A stretch of 64,000 nucleotides of DNA. It comes from an uncultured Prevotella sp. GTDB taxonomy: Bacteria > Bacteroidota > Bacteroidia > Bacteroidales > Bacteroidaceae. The position numbers were made by a program, and so were the translations under genes. Below are positions 48,824-58,638 of this stretch, in pieces. The notes below the pieces were generated by a model. It had not been told where the DNA came from. It did no database searches and worked only from the letters and a program-made list of their open reading frames with translations. The stretch covers positions 4,417 through 68,416 of the forward strand of contig ONYS01000004.1 of assembly GCA_900322095.1 (NCBI GenBank), given 5' to 3'. Position 1 is the stretch's first letter, and the number at the start of each line of letters is the position of its first letter.

Positions 48824-51130
48824 TTAAAGTACTTTGAGGGTTGTGGTCTGTACGTCGCGGCTATTGTCACCCACCATGATGTCGTAGGTGCCCGGCTCGC
48901 AGACATACTGCAGCTCGTGATTATAATATTTCAGGTCATCGGGAGTCAGGGTGAAGGTCACGTTCTTGGTCTCACCGGCCTTGAGGTCGATCTTCCTGAA
49001 AGCACGAAGTTCCTTGACGGGACGTGTGCTCGTGCTCGTCTGGGCGTGGATGTAGAGCTGTACCGTGGTCATGCCCTCACGCAAACCCGTGTTGGAGACG
49101 GATACAGATGCTGTAGTCGTACCGTTGGCGTGACTCATTTCCTGAGTGCTAAGGGTGACGGGGCTATATTTAAAAGAGGTATAGCTGAGTCCGTAGCCGA
49201 AGGGATAGAGCGGAGAGTTGAGAACGTCGATGTAGCAGTTCGTGAACTTGCGGTAAGGAGCATAGTCAGGATGCGGACGACCGGTGGACTTGTGGTTGTA
49301 GTAGATGGGGCACTGGCCTACGCTGCGCGGGAACGACATCGTGAGCTTTCCGCTGGGGTTGACCTTTCCGAAGAGGACGTCGGCAATGGAGTAGCCGGCC
49401 TGATCGCCAAGGCTCCAGGTACAGAGGATAGCCGGAATGTTCTTGTCTTCCCAAGAAAGGGTGAGGGGACGTCCGGTGGTGAGAACAAGGACGACGGGCT
49501 TACCCGTGGCTTTGAGGGCTTTGAGAAGCTCTTCCTGAGGCTCGGGGATGGAGATGTCGGAACGTGAGGAACCTTCGCCGTTCATGGAGTTGGCCTCACC
49601 AAGGCAGGCCACGATGACGTCGGCGTCGCGTGTAGAGGCCACAGCCTCATCAATCATCTGCTGGAGCGGACGCTGATGTACGGGGACTGGCTTGTAGTTG
49701 GGGACGAAGAAGCCAAGCAGACCGTTGACAAGGGTGCTCTCGGTGAGCGAGTCGCCGACAACCCATGAACCCTCGGCCGTAGTGGCCTTACCACCAGCAG
49801 CGGAAACTGCCTCATTGATACCCTTGAAGATGCTGATGCTCTCCTTGCTGTGAGACGACATGGCCCATGAGCCCTGCATGTCGGCGGCATCATCAGCGAA
49901 TGGTCCTACGACGGCAATCTTCTGTGAGGGAGAGAGCGGCAGCAGGTTGCCTTCGTTCTTCAGCAGCACGGAGCACTCGTTGGCCACCTTACGGCTATTG
50001 GCCTTCATCTCTGCTGAGTAGACGTTCTTGGCGTTCTTCTTGTTGATATAGAGGTAGGGATCCTTGAAGAGTCCCAGTTTCCACTTCATCTCCAGGACGC
50101 GACGGCAGGCTTTGTTGATGTCCTCCTCGGTCACCTTGCCCTCGGCCAGTGACTGCTTCAACGTGCCGATGAAGCCTTTGCTGTTCATATCGAGATCTAC
50201 ACCGGCCTTGAGTGCGCGGGCTGATACGTCCTGCAGGTCGCCAATACCGTGAACGGTCATCTCCTTGATGGCGGTGGCGTCGGTGACGACGAGTCCCTTG
50301 AAGCCCCACTGTCCGCGCAGCACGTCGTTGATGAGATAGCTGTTGGCTGTGGCAGGAACGCCCTCAAACTCGTTGAAAGAAGTCATATAGCTTCCGGCTC
50401 CAGCCTTGCAGGCCTCATAATAGGGACGCATATAGCCATTGAAGGCTTCCTGACGGCTGAGGAATACGGAGTTGTAGTCGCGGCCGGCCTCAGCGGCGCC
50501 ATAGAGAGCATAGTGTTTGACGCAGGCGATAACGTTGTCCGGACGCGTGAAGTCGCCATCGGTGCCCTGATAGCCCTCAACGTAAGCACGGGCCATCACA
50601 CCTCCAAGGTAGGGATCCTCACCGGCTCCCTCTGCCACACGGCCCCAACGGGCGTCGCGGGCAACGTCGACCATCGGCGAGAACACCCAGTTAATACCCA
50701 GCGAGGTGGCCTCGGTGGCTGCATGACGCGCATAGTCGCGCACTAAGTCGGGATTCCACGAGCAGGCCATGGCCAGAGGAATGGGATAGGTCGTCTCCAA
50801 GCCATGGATGACATCCATACCAAAGAAGAAGGGAATCTTGTTCTTGCCTTTCATGGCCATATCCTGAAAGGCACGCATGCGGTCGATGTCCTTCAGACCG
50901 TAGATAGCACCAAGCTGACCTTTGGTGATGAGTTCCTCGTTCTCATTCTTGCCAGTTACGTCTTTAGCGGAAACAAAATCGTAAGTACTCATCAAGTTGA
51001 GCTGGCCAATCTTCTCATCGATGGTCATCTTTGACATCAACTTGTCAATAAAAGCTTTTCCGTCGCTTTGGGCGGAGGCGCCAAGGCACAAAAGACCTAG
51101 GGCTGCCGTACAAAAAAATCTTTTTATCAT
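48824..51130 (-). CDS. Periplasmic GH3 beta-glucosidase (BglX-like)
   Basis: DVIHG, RDARWGRVAEGAGEDP, CVKHY, VVTD nucleophile, PLYPFGYGLSY and an Fn3-like tail. Confidence 0.93.
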   Translation of the reverse strand: MIKRFFCTAALGLLCLGASAQSDGKAFIDKLMSKMTIDEKIGQLNLMSTYDFVSAKDVTGKNENEELITKGQLGAIYGLKDIDRMRAFQDMAMKGKNKIPFFFGMDVIHGLETTYPIPLAMACSWNPDLVRDYARHAATEATSLGINWVFSPMVDVARDARWGRVAEGAGEDPYLGGVMARAYVEGYQGTDGDFTRPDNVIACVKHYALYGAAEAGRDYNSVFLSRQEAFNGYMRPYYEACKAGAGSYMTSFNEFEGVPATANSYLINDVLRGQWGFKGLVVTDATAIKEMTVHGIGDLQDVSARALKAGVDLDMNSKGFIGTLKQSLAEGKVTEEDINKACRRVLEMKWKLGLFKDPYLYINKKNAKNVYSAEMKANSRKVANECSVLLKNEGNLLPLSPSQKIAVVGPFADDAADMQGSWAMSSHSKESISIFKGINEAVSAAGGKATTAEGSWVVGDSLTESTLVNGLLGFFVPNYKPVPVHQRPLQQMIDEAVASTRDADVIVACLGEANSMNGEGSSRSDISIPEPQEELLKALKATGKPVVLVLTTGRPLTLSWEDKNIPAILCTWSLGDQAGYSIADVLFGKVNPSGKLTMSFPRSVGQCPIYYNHKSTGRPHPDYAPYRKFTNCYIDVLNSPLYPFGYGLSYTSFKYSPVTLSTQEMSHANGTTTASVSVSNTGLREGMTTVQLYIHAQTSTSTRPVKELRAFRKIDLKAGETKNVTFTLTPDDLKYYNHELQYVCEPGTYDIMVGDNSRDVQTTTLKVL

Positions 51131-51178
51131 ATTTGGTTATTAGAATTGTATTCAGGGTTGAAGCAGGGGACGACTCCC

Positions 51179-52843
51179 CTACTCTTTCTTATTGTTGTCG
51201 CCACCCTCGTTATAGAGATTGATGACATCGTCGTCGAACTGCTTCTCATCGCCCAAAGCACAGCGCCGCATCTTCAGACGGTAGTTGTAGACTGTCTGAG
51301 AAGAAAGGTGGAGGAAGTCGGCGATGCCCACACTGTCGGTGATGCCCAAAACGAGGAGGGCGTAGATGCGCAGGGATGTATTAAGTTCTGTCTGCGTCTC
51401 ATCGAAACGGCACTCCGGGCGCAGCAGACTATTTATGCGATGGATAAATTCAGGATTGATGGCCAGGAAGGCATGGTCGAAATGCTGGTAGAAACTCTTC
51501 AACTGATTGTCGATGACAGCATTGGACTCAAGAAGGCGGATAGCCTTGCGCACGCTGTTGGCCTTGAGCAGGTTGTAGATTTCCACTTTCATGCTCTTCT
51601 CATGGGTGATGTAGGTCGAGACGAGGTGATAGACATTAGCGAAGTCCCTGCAGTAGACTGAGATATGACCTGAAAGTTTGGAGTTGGCATCCTTGAGTTG
51701 CTCTGTAAGCGCATTCTGCTGTTCCATCAGTTGGCTTTGCTTATTGTGTGATACGCGCAAGGCATCGAGTGAGCGCTTCACCTTCTTACCTCGCTTAAAG
51801 GACTGTCGGGTCATATAGATACTCACGACGAGAGCGATGAAGAAAAAGACGGCGATGACGATGATGACAGTCATCTCCTGCGAACGAATCTTAGTGAGCT
51901 GATCGTTGATGCGGTTCTGGATGGGCATGATGGCCAATGCACGTGTCACGTCGTGATAGCGGCTGACATTATCGGAGCAAATCTTGACATACCGTGACGA
52001 GCGATTGAGGTCACACTCCAACAAGGGCGTATTGAGCAGCGAGATGAGCGACGACACTTCCGTATTGCCCAAGAGCATGTCGTTGATAGCCGAAGAAATG
52101 ACGTTCTTGTAGAAGTTCTCTTCCTTGCCCTCCCGTCTGTATTCCAGAGACAAGGCATAATAAATATTGGCAGCCATGAACGAGGGCTTGCTGAGGCCGG
52201 CCAAAACCTTTTCCATTTTTTTGATGTCGCCATGTCCCGTAGCCACTGCCTGATAGAATAAGTATTCCGGGCTGTCCTTGATCAAATAGCTGGAGTATTG
52301 TGCCCATGCTTCGACAGCATCTTTGGCGGGTACTATATCATCCTTGTATAGGCCAACACGCATACTGAAGTCGATGAGCATGTCGGCATAGCGACTGCGG
52401 TATACAGCGGGAACCTGCTCTATCTTACCGATCTGGTTGATAACCTCATAGCCCTTGCCCATCATGCCCTGACGGGTGTATGCCCGTAGAAGACAGAACT
52501 GAGCCGAGAGAATGAGGGAAGACTGCCCCGTGCGCTCTGCAGAAGTTAAGGCTTTTCGCGCATAGGCAATGCTGGAGTCTCCATTGAAGTGGAGGTATTC
52601 CTGAAATATCTGCTCATACTTAGACACCAAGGACTCATCGTTAGGCATATCGGCAATGCCATGCTTGAGGTCATCGATGACCGACTGCTTCTTAGTGAGA
52701 ATTACCAGTCTTCTGGTTGCTACTTTATCGAGACTGTCAAGGAGAACATTGACATCTTTACTTGCGCCATTCGACACTGCAGGAAGAGAAGCCAAGAATA
52801 ACACCGTTACTCTCAGAATGATTTCCGATTTGAGACTCATCAT
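51179..52843 (-). CDS. SusR-like (DUF6377-type) membrane-spanning transcriptional regulator
   Basis: Signal peptide, helical periplasmic region, one TM, then FYQHFDHAFL...LRIYALLVLGITDSVGIADFLHLSSQTVYNYR. Confidence 0.82.
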   Translation of the reverse strand: MMSLKSEIILRVTVLFLASLPAVSNGASKDVNVLLDSLDKVATRRLVILTKKQSVIDDLKHGIADMPNDESLVSKYEQIFQEYLHFNGDSSIAYARKALTSAERTGQSSLILSAQFCLLRAYTRQGMMGKGYEVINQIGKIEQVPAVYRSRYADMLIDFSMRVGLYKDDIVPAKDAVEAWAQYSSYLIKDSPEYLFYQAVATGHGDIKKMEKVLAGLSKPSFMAANIYYALSLEYRREGKEENFYKNVISSAINDMLLGNTEVSSLISLLNTPLLECDLNRSSRYVKICSDNVSRYHDVTRALAIMPIQNRINDQLTKIRSQEMTVIIVIAVFFFIALVVSIYMTRQSFKRGKKVKRSLDALRVSHNKQSQLMEQQNALTEQLKDANSKLSGHISVYCRDFANVYHLVSTYITHEKSMKVEIYNLLKANSVRKAIRLLESNAVIDNQLKSFYQHFDHAFLAINPEFIHRINSLLRPECRFDETQTELNTSLRIYALLVLGITDSVGIADFLHLSSQTVYNYRLKMRRCALGDEKQFDDDVINLYNEGGDNNKKE

Positions 52844-52975
52844 AATATAAGGTACCACAATAGATCTATGAGCAAAGATAAAAAAATATTAAAACTCACA
52901 AAGTTTTATCGCGTTTTCCTGCCATTTTGGCATTCTTTTCTTGTAGAATCCTTTCTTTTTGCCATTTTTCATTAC

Positions 52976-53007
52976 AAAAGCAGGGGGACAAGCAATTTGT
53001 CCCCTTG
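52976..53007 (-). terminator. Intrinsic terminator after the GH3 lipoprotein gene
   Basis: CAAGGGGACAA-ATTGC-TTGTCCCCCTG followed by CTTTT on the - strand. Confidence 0.75.
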
Positions 53008-53055
53008 TCGGTATGGCTACGATGAATCGCAGCTGTTCAAAGATCTATAACGGGT

Positions 53056-55380
53056 TTATTTATAAGCCTTGACACGAGAGTCGTCGATGACGCCTCCCCA
53101 CTTCAGACCGAAGGCAAAGTCGTACTTGTTGCCGTCAGCATCGGTGTAAGGAACCATGTCGCGAGGCTTATCCTCACTCTGGGTCTCCACAGTCTTCATA
53201 TCCTTAGGCAACTGGCAAGGCAGCAGACCAGAAGGCTCGCTCTTACCGCTGATAAGCTCGAGGAAGGGCTGGTTGCTGGTGCCGAAGCTAACGAGGATTG
53301 CATCTGCATAGGGCTCAAACTCTGCGAGAACAGCAGGACGTGTGAGCGTCAAGGATACGATGACGGGCTTGTTGCCCATAGCCTTCTTGGTGTTGACGAC
53401 GAGCGTCATATCGTCCTTGTTGGCGGTCTTCACGGTCTTGCCCTTGTAAGAGCGGTTGGTGAAGGACTCCTTAGGATCGCCACCAGCGATACTCGTTGCA
53501 CGGGCATCGGTAGCTGTGTAGTCGTTGTACTGCAGGCTGATTGGCACATAACCATTACCACCATTCTTCACGTCGTTGGCATCATAGCCGGGTCCGCTCA
53601 TCGGGCCCTGGATGAAGCAGATGGCGAAGTCGGCTTGCTTAGGATCATTGACAACAGTGTAGTACTTCTTCACAACGTCGAGATTGATGGGATAATCCCA
53701 ATAGTCCTTGGTGGCATTGCCGAAGAAATCAACAACAGAGGGGAAGTGACGCTTCGGGATGTAGACCTTCAGCTTCTGATCCTTGAGAGGAAGCACATTG
53801 GCGTGGTTCTTCAGCATGACGATACTCTTGATCTGAGCGTCGTAGCCCTTGGCCATGAAGTCGGTGCAACCAACAGTCTTAGCACTCTCGGCAGGATCGA
53901 GATAAGGATTCTCGAAGAGACCTGTCTCGAACATCGGCAGGAGCAGACGACGGGCAGAGTCGTGGATGCGGGCCTTCCAAGCCTTCTCGCCAAACTCCTT
54001 ATAACCCATCTTGAAGGCTTCGAGAACGGGGCCCTTCTCGTTGTTGCCGCCAAACTGGTCGACACCAGCCTTGAGGATCTCATAATGGCGCTGTACCTCA
54101 GTGAGATTCTCTACACCCCAGCACTTGCCGTCGAAGGCGTCGATGGCTTTGTTGTCCTTGGTGACCATCCAGTCGGTGCAGACGATGCCGTCGAACTTGT
54201 ACTTATTGCGAAGCAGGTCGGTAACGATATAATGAGAGAAGCTCTCACCGACATTCTTGCCGGAAGGATCGATACCATAAGAGACATTGTAGAAAGTCAT
54301 CACAGAACCTGCAGTCTTCGTAGGTCCGTCGAGGTGGAAAGCGCCCTTCGTGAAGCCTTCCATCTCCTGATTGAAGCCCTTATTGGGATAAACAGCGTAC
54401 TTACCATAGTTGTAGTGGCTGTCGCGGCCACCCTCAAGAGTACCACCACCGGGCCAGTGCTTAGCCATAGCCACAACTGAGTTGTAGCCCCAGCCGTCCT
54501 TGATCACTGCATCACCCTCAGAAGTCTGGAAACCATCGATATAGGCCTTGCCAAGGTCGGCAACGAGCTTAGGATCCTCACCGAAGGTACCGGTGAAGCG
54601 AGTCCAACGCGGCTCCATAGCGATATCAACCTGGGGAGACAGGGCTGTGGTGATACCCAGAGCACGATACTCCTTGGCTGCAATCTGGCCAAACTCCTTA
54701 ACGAGGTCGGGTGAGAACGTAGCAGCGAGACCTAAGGCTGTAGGCCACTGCGAGATTTCACCACCGGCGCCATAGTTGTACTCGGCATTAGCCGATGTCT
54801 CATGGCGCGGGTCGGAAGAGTTGTTGGCGGGAATTCCATGACCGAAACTCTCGCAGTAAGCCTGGAGGTTGTTGCTCCACTCGGCTGCTACCTTGGGGCT
54901 GGCCACCTTCGTGACGAGGACAGCGCGCAGGTTGTCCTCCTTGAGGAACTGCTTCTGCAGGTCGCTGAGGTCGCTGGGCTTAGCGCCGCTCTGCTCAAAA
55001 GGCTTGCCATTGTAAGTGGAAGCACCATAACCCTCAGAGGGAGAAGGAATCTGCTGGTGGGCTGAATAGAGCATCAGTCCGGCAATCTCCTCATCGCTGA
55101 GCTGTGAGGCAAGGTCGGCGGCACGGTCCTCGAAGGACAGACGCCAGTCCTCATACTTATCGAGCTTGCCGTTGCGGTTGAGGTCCTTGAACTTATAACC
55201 ATCAACATCAAGGAGCTTCACGCCCGACTTGGGTGAATAACCGAGGGTAGGACCGCCCTTCTGCTTGAGAAGGTTGTACTGACCCATCTTAACCTCTTCG
55301 AACTTTGGACCGGTCTGGCAACCAGCAAGGAGCAATAAGCCACCTGCTGCCAAAACGGACATCATAACTTTGTTCTTCAT
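53056..55380 (-). CDS. GH3 beta-glycosidase, lipoprotein
   Basis: Lipobox LAGC; FKDLNRNGKLDKYEDWR, SSDPRH, AKHWPGGG and VCTDW motifs. Confidence 0.92.
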   Translation of the reverse strand: MKNKVMMSVLAAGGLLLLAGCQTGPKFEEVKMGQYNLLKQKGGPTLGYSPKSGVKLLDVDGYKFKDLNRNGKLDKYEDWRLSFEDRAADLASQLSDEEIAGLMLYSAHQQIPSPSEGYGASTYNGKPFEQSGAKPSDLSDLQKQFLKEDNLRAVLVTKVASPKVAAEWSNNLQAYCESFGHGIPANNSSDPRHETSANAEYNYGAGGEISQWPTALGLAATFSPDLVKEFGQIAAKEYRALGITTALSPQVDIAMEPRWTRFTGTFGEDPKLVADLGKAYIDGFQTSEGDAVIKDGWGYNSVVAMAKHWPGGGTLEGGRDSHYNYGKYAVYPNKGFNQEMEGFTKGAFHLDGPTKTAGSVMTFYNVSYGIDPSGKNVGESFSHYIVTDLLRNKYKFDGIVCTDWMVTKDNKAIDAFDGKCWGVENLTEVQRHYEILKAGVDQFGGNNEKGPVLEAFKMGYKEFGEKAWKARIHDSARRLLLPMFETGLFENPYLDPAESAKTVGCTDFMAKGYDAQIKSIVMLKNHANVLPLKDQKLKVYIPKRHFPSVVDFFGNATKDYWDYPINLDVVKKYYTVVNDPKQADFAICFIQGPMSGPGYDANDVKNGGNGYVPISLQYNDYTATDARATSIAGGDPKESFTNRSYKGKTVKTANKDDMTLVVNTKKAMGNKPVIVSLTLTRPAVLAEFEPYADAILVSFGTSNQPFLELISGKSEPSGLLPCQLPKDMKTVETQSEDKPRDMVPYTDADGNKYDFAFGLKWGGVIDDSRVKAYK

Positions 55381-55422
55381 CTTTTTTTGGTTTATAGGTT
55401 TGAAAAATTATTTTTTTACTGA

Positions 55423-56922
55423 TCACTTGAGCAACAGCGTGTTGAGGCTTCCGGGAGCCAACGTGACGCTGAATGTCTTCTTGCCGACTTTGATAGAAGC
55501 AGTCTCGGCCTTGCCCGTCTTGTTGGCGGCAATGACGACGATGCTCTTATCGGGGTTCTGGAAGACGAGAGCCTCCTCCAGCGTACCTGTAGTCTTCAGA
55601 AGACGTGCACCCGGTGCCACATAGTGGCTGGCATGCTTCATGACATAATACTCAGGTGTGAACCGGTAGGTCTTGTTGGCCCTATTGACCGTGACGAGAG
55701 AGTTCTGATACCATCCCCATGTGGAAGGCTCACCCTCAAAGAGCGAAGTGTTCCAATAAAAATAGCCACTCACGCCGTTAGTGAAATACTCCTTCATGAG
55801 GTCCCAAGAATGCATGGCACCTTCCCAGTTGTTGAGTCCGTTGCCACACTCCTGCTCTGAGCCATAGAGGGTGAGTGCAGGATACTTGCTGTGGATGGTG
55901 GCGATGGCGGCTTTACCAGCCCACTGGAAGCCGGCACCGGTGACATATTGCTTCGAGTCGGCATCAGAAAGAATCGTATCGGGCTTCAGCGGATCGGGAC
56001 GCTCGCACGTACCCACATAGACCTCGACACCACGCTTCTTCATCTCCGGACCGAGATACTTGCCCACGAAGGTGTTCAGGTCCTTGGCCGTCCAGCAGCA
56101 TGCGGGATAAGGCTGGGCAGAGTTGGACTCATTCTGGGGCATCACCATGAACACGTTGATGCCTTCCTGGTGATAAGCATCCACATACTTGCCGAAATAC
56201 TTGGCGTATGCCTTCAGATACTGAGGCTGCATATTAAAAGAGGTAACGCCCTCATAGCCCATGGCGTTGAGCGGCGTGCCGTTGCCCAAGAGTCCTACAC
56301 GGAAACGCAAGGGGTCGTTGGCAGCCTTGGCATCCTGATTGGCCTTGAAACTGAGAATCATCTTGTTCCAGTTGGCATCGGCATTCTCTGCGTAGAACTT
56401 ATTCTTCTTCATCCATTTGGGTGGGCACCAAGGCGAACCCCAAATCTTCAGCTGCGGCTGATAGCGCATGGCCGACTTGATGAAGGGAATGAGAAGGGTC
56501 TGGTCGTGAGCGATGGAGAAGTCGTTCATGTCGAAGTCGCCGTCGGTCTCGTCGAGAGAATAGTAGTTGAGACTGAAGTCGTTGGCTCCAATCGGCATGC
56601 GGCCCATCGTGAAGTTGGCTCCCTTGCCGGGCTGAAAGAGCTCGGCGAGCACAGCCTGGCGGTCTTGCTCAGAGAGTTCGCTGAGGGAAGACCAGCCCAA
56701 CTCATTGAAGCAGGAGCCAAAGCCGACCACCGTCTGCAAAGCGTTCTTCGGGTTGACCGTCAATGTCAGGGCGTCACTGGACGCAGCCACCGTGTTGGGC
56801 GTCACTGCTGTCCACTGGGCCGTGCGTGTGGTCTGTACCCATTCTGCAATCTGAGTCTGTGCGCTCACGGCCAGAGCCGAAGCGACGACTACAGAGGATA
56901 ATAATAATCTCTTATATTGCAT
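55423..56922 (-). CDS. GH30 glycoside hydrolase
   Basis: GFGSCFNE, RMPIGANDFS, SPWCPP, acid/base QNE, nucleophile SEQE and VFQNPD. Confidence 0.9.
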   Translation of the reverse strand: MQYKRLLLSSVVVASALAVSAQTQIAEWVQTTRTAQWTAVTPNTVAASSDALTLTVNPKNALQTVVGFGSCFNELGWSSLSELSEQDRQAVLAELFQPGKGANFTMGRMPIGANDFSLNYYSLDETDGDFDMNDFSIAHDQTLLIPFIKSAMRYQPQLKIWGSPWCPPKWMKKNKFYAENADANWNKMILSFKANQDAKAANDPLRFRVGLLGNGTPLNAMGYEGVTSFNMQPQYLKAYAKYFGKYVDAYHQEGINVFMVMPQNESNSAQPYPACCWTAKDLNTFVGKYLGPEMKKRGVEVYVGTCERPDPLKPDTILSDADSKQYVTGAGFQWAGKAAIATIHSKYPALTLYGSEQECGNGLNNWEGAMHSWDLMKEYFTNGVSGYFYWNTSLFEGEPSTWGWYQNSLVTVNRANKTYRFTPEYYVMKHASHYVAPGARLLKTTGTLEEALVFQNPDKSIVVIAANKTGKAETASIKVGKKTFSVTLAPGSLNTLLLK

Positions 56923-56971
56923 AGTCGATTATATAAAAATGTTCTTACTGTATTCGGCAACTAATCATCTT

Positions 56972-58603
56972 TTATTCACCCAATGCAACCTTGCGCAGGT
57001 GAGCGTCGAAGTCGTATTTCACCTGGCAGTTGGTGTCAAAGATCATAGTTGCCTTCTTACTCGTGGTGTAGTCTGGCCACTCCGGAACGCCAGCGCCATT
57101 GGGATTGCCGGTGCGGGCGAAGTTGATCCAAGCACTGCTCAGGATCTCTCCGAGCTTGATTGCAGCAGGCGTCACATCAGTGGCAGAAGCTGCGCGGGCC
57201 ACATTGTGGAAGACGTAAGGAATCTCAGCACAGTGGGTGGCGGTGGTAGCACCGTCGATGGCCGTGCTCTGATAAGCGAAGAGATAGTTCCACACCTTGC
57301 CGGCCTTGTCGGCAGCCTTGGTCTCGATCTGCTGAAGAGCCTGCGGACGATACTTGAAGTCGATGAGCGGCATCAGCAAATAGCTGGCACCGGGATAAGC
57401 CTCGCGGAAGGCCTGCTTGTACTCCTCGGCCTTGTCGCCATACATCTTCTTCAGAGTAGCGTCGATGTCGGTCTCACTCTGCTTGAAGTAGTTGGGATTC
57501 ATCAGGGCAGAGAAACCGGCAAACTCATTCATCGTGCTGCCGACAATCATGGGCACGTCGGCCGACTGCTTCTCACTGCCGTTCTTGAAAGCGTCCTCGG
57601 GAAGGAGATCGCCATCCTTCGTAGGCATCCAGCCCCAGATGCTGGCCTGGTTTTCGCCTGCGGCATCGGCTTCCTTCTTCACCTCAGCGCAAGCCTTGGT
57701 GCCGGCAGCCAACAACTGCTCGTAGGGCACGGTCTTGATTTTGTCGATAGTGGAAGCGTCGAGGCCGAGATATTTCACGGTGAGCTCGCCAATTTTCTTG
57801 GAGTATTTGTCCATCATGAACGTAGCACCTGAGCCACTCTCCACGATGGCTTTCTCGAAGAGGCCCTTTGCACGGGGCATACAGCAGAGCGTGGACACCT
57901 TGCGGCCGCCACCCGACTGACCGAATATGGTGACGTTGTCGGGATCGCCACCGAAGTAAGCCACATTGTTCTTCACCCACTTCAAAGCCTCGACAATGTC
58001 AAGAAGGCCAAGGTTGGCACTGTGCTTGAACTGCGGACCAAAGGATGAGAGGTTGAGGAAACCCAGGGCGTTGAGGCGATGGTTGAGAGAAACCACCACG
58101 ACATCGCCCTTCTTGGCCAGTGAGGCACCGTCATAAGCGGGCTGCTCCTGACTGGAACCTGTGGAGAAACCGCCACCATGGATCCACACCATGACGGGAC
58201 GCTTCTTGCCGTCGACTCCGGGTGTCCAGACGTTTACGCGCTGACAGTCCTCACCGGGATAGCCGTCATCCCAACGTGAGGTGTAGCCGACATTATCCAT
58301 CAGCCACGTGCTGCGGAACTCCTGCGGACAGCAGGGACCGTAGCTGCGCGAAGAACGCACGCCCGTCCATGCCTTGGGCGCATGGGGCTCCTCATAACGG
58401 GCAGCCTCAGCATAAGGAATACCCTTGAAGGTGAAGATGCCATTCTCGATATATCCGGCAACACGTCCATACTGCGTAGTGGCCTCAGCGCCTTCTGTGC
58501 TCAGCGTGTAGCCGTCGATATATGTATAGTTTTGCGCCGACAGCGACAGAGAGGCCGTTGCCAACAGCGATAACGCAATGAATGTTTTTGATATGAATTT
58601 CAT
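56972..58603 (-). CDS. Secreted type-B carboxylesterase
   Basis: FKGIPYA, EDC, WIHGGG, FGQSGGG (catalytic Ser), HCAEIP and WINFARTGNPN. Confidence 0.92.
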   Translation of the reverse strand: MKFISKTFIALSLLATASLSLSAQNYTYIDGYTLSTEGAEATTQYGRVAGYIENGIFTFKGIPYAEAARYEEPHAPKAWTGVRSSRSYGPCCPQEFRSTWLMDNVGYTSRWDDGYPGEDCQRVNVWTPGVDGKKRPVMVWIHGGGFSTGSSQEQPAYDGASLAKKGDVVVVSLNHRLNALGFLNLSSFGPQFKHSANLGLLDIVEALKWVKNNVAYFGGDPDNVTIFGQSGGGRKVSTLCCMPRAKGLFEKAIVESGSGATFMMDKYSKKIGELTVKYLGLDASTIDKIKTVPYEQLLAAGTKACAEVKKEADAAGENQASIWGWMPTKDGDLLPEDAFKNGSEKQSADVPMIVGSTMNEFAGFSALMNPNYFKQSETDIDATLKKMYGDKAEEYKQAFREAYPGASYLLMPLIDFKYRPQALQQIETKAADKAGKVWNYLFAYQSTAIDGATTATHCAEIPYVFHNVARAASATDVTPAAIKLGEILSSAWINFARTGNPNGAGVPEWPDYTTSKKATMIFDTNCQVKYDFDAHLRKVALGE

Positions 58604-58638
58604 AAGTCTTTCTTTAAATGGTCGTAAGTGTTACCTGA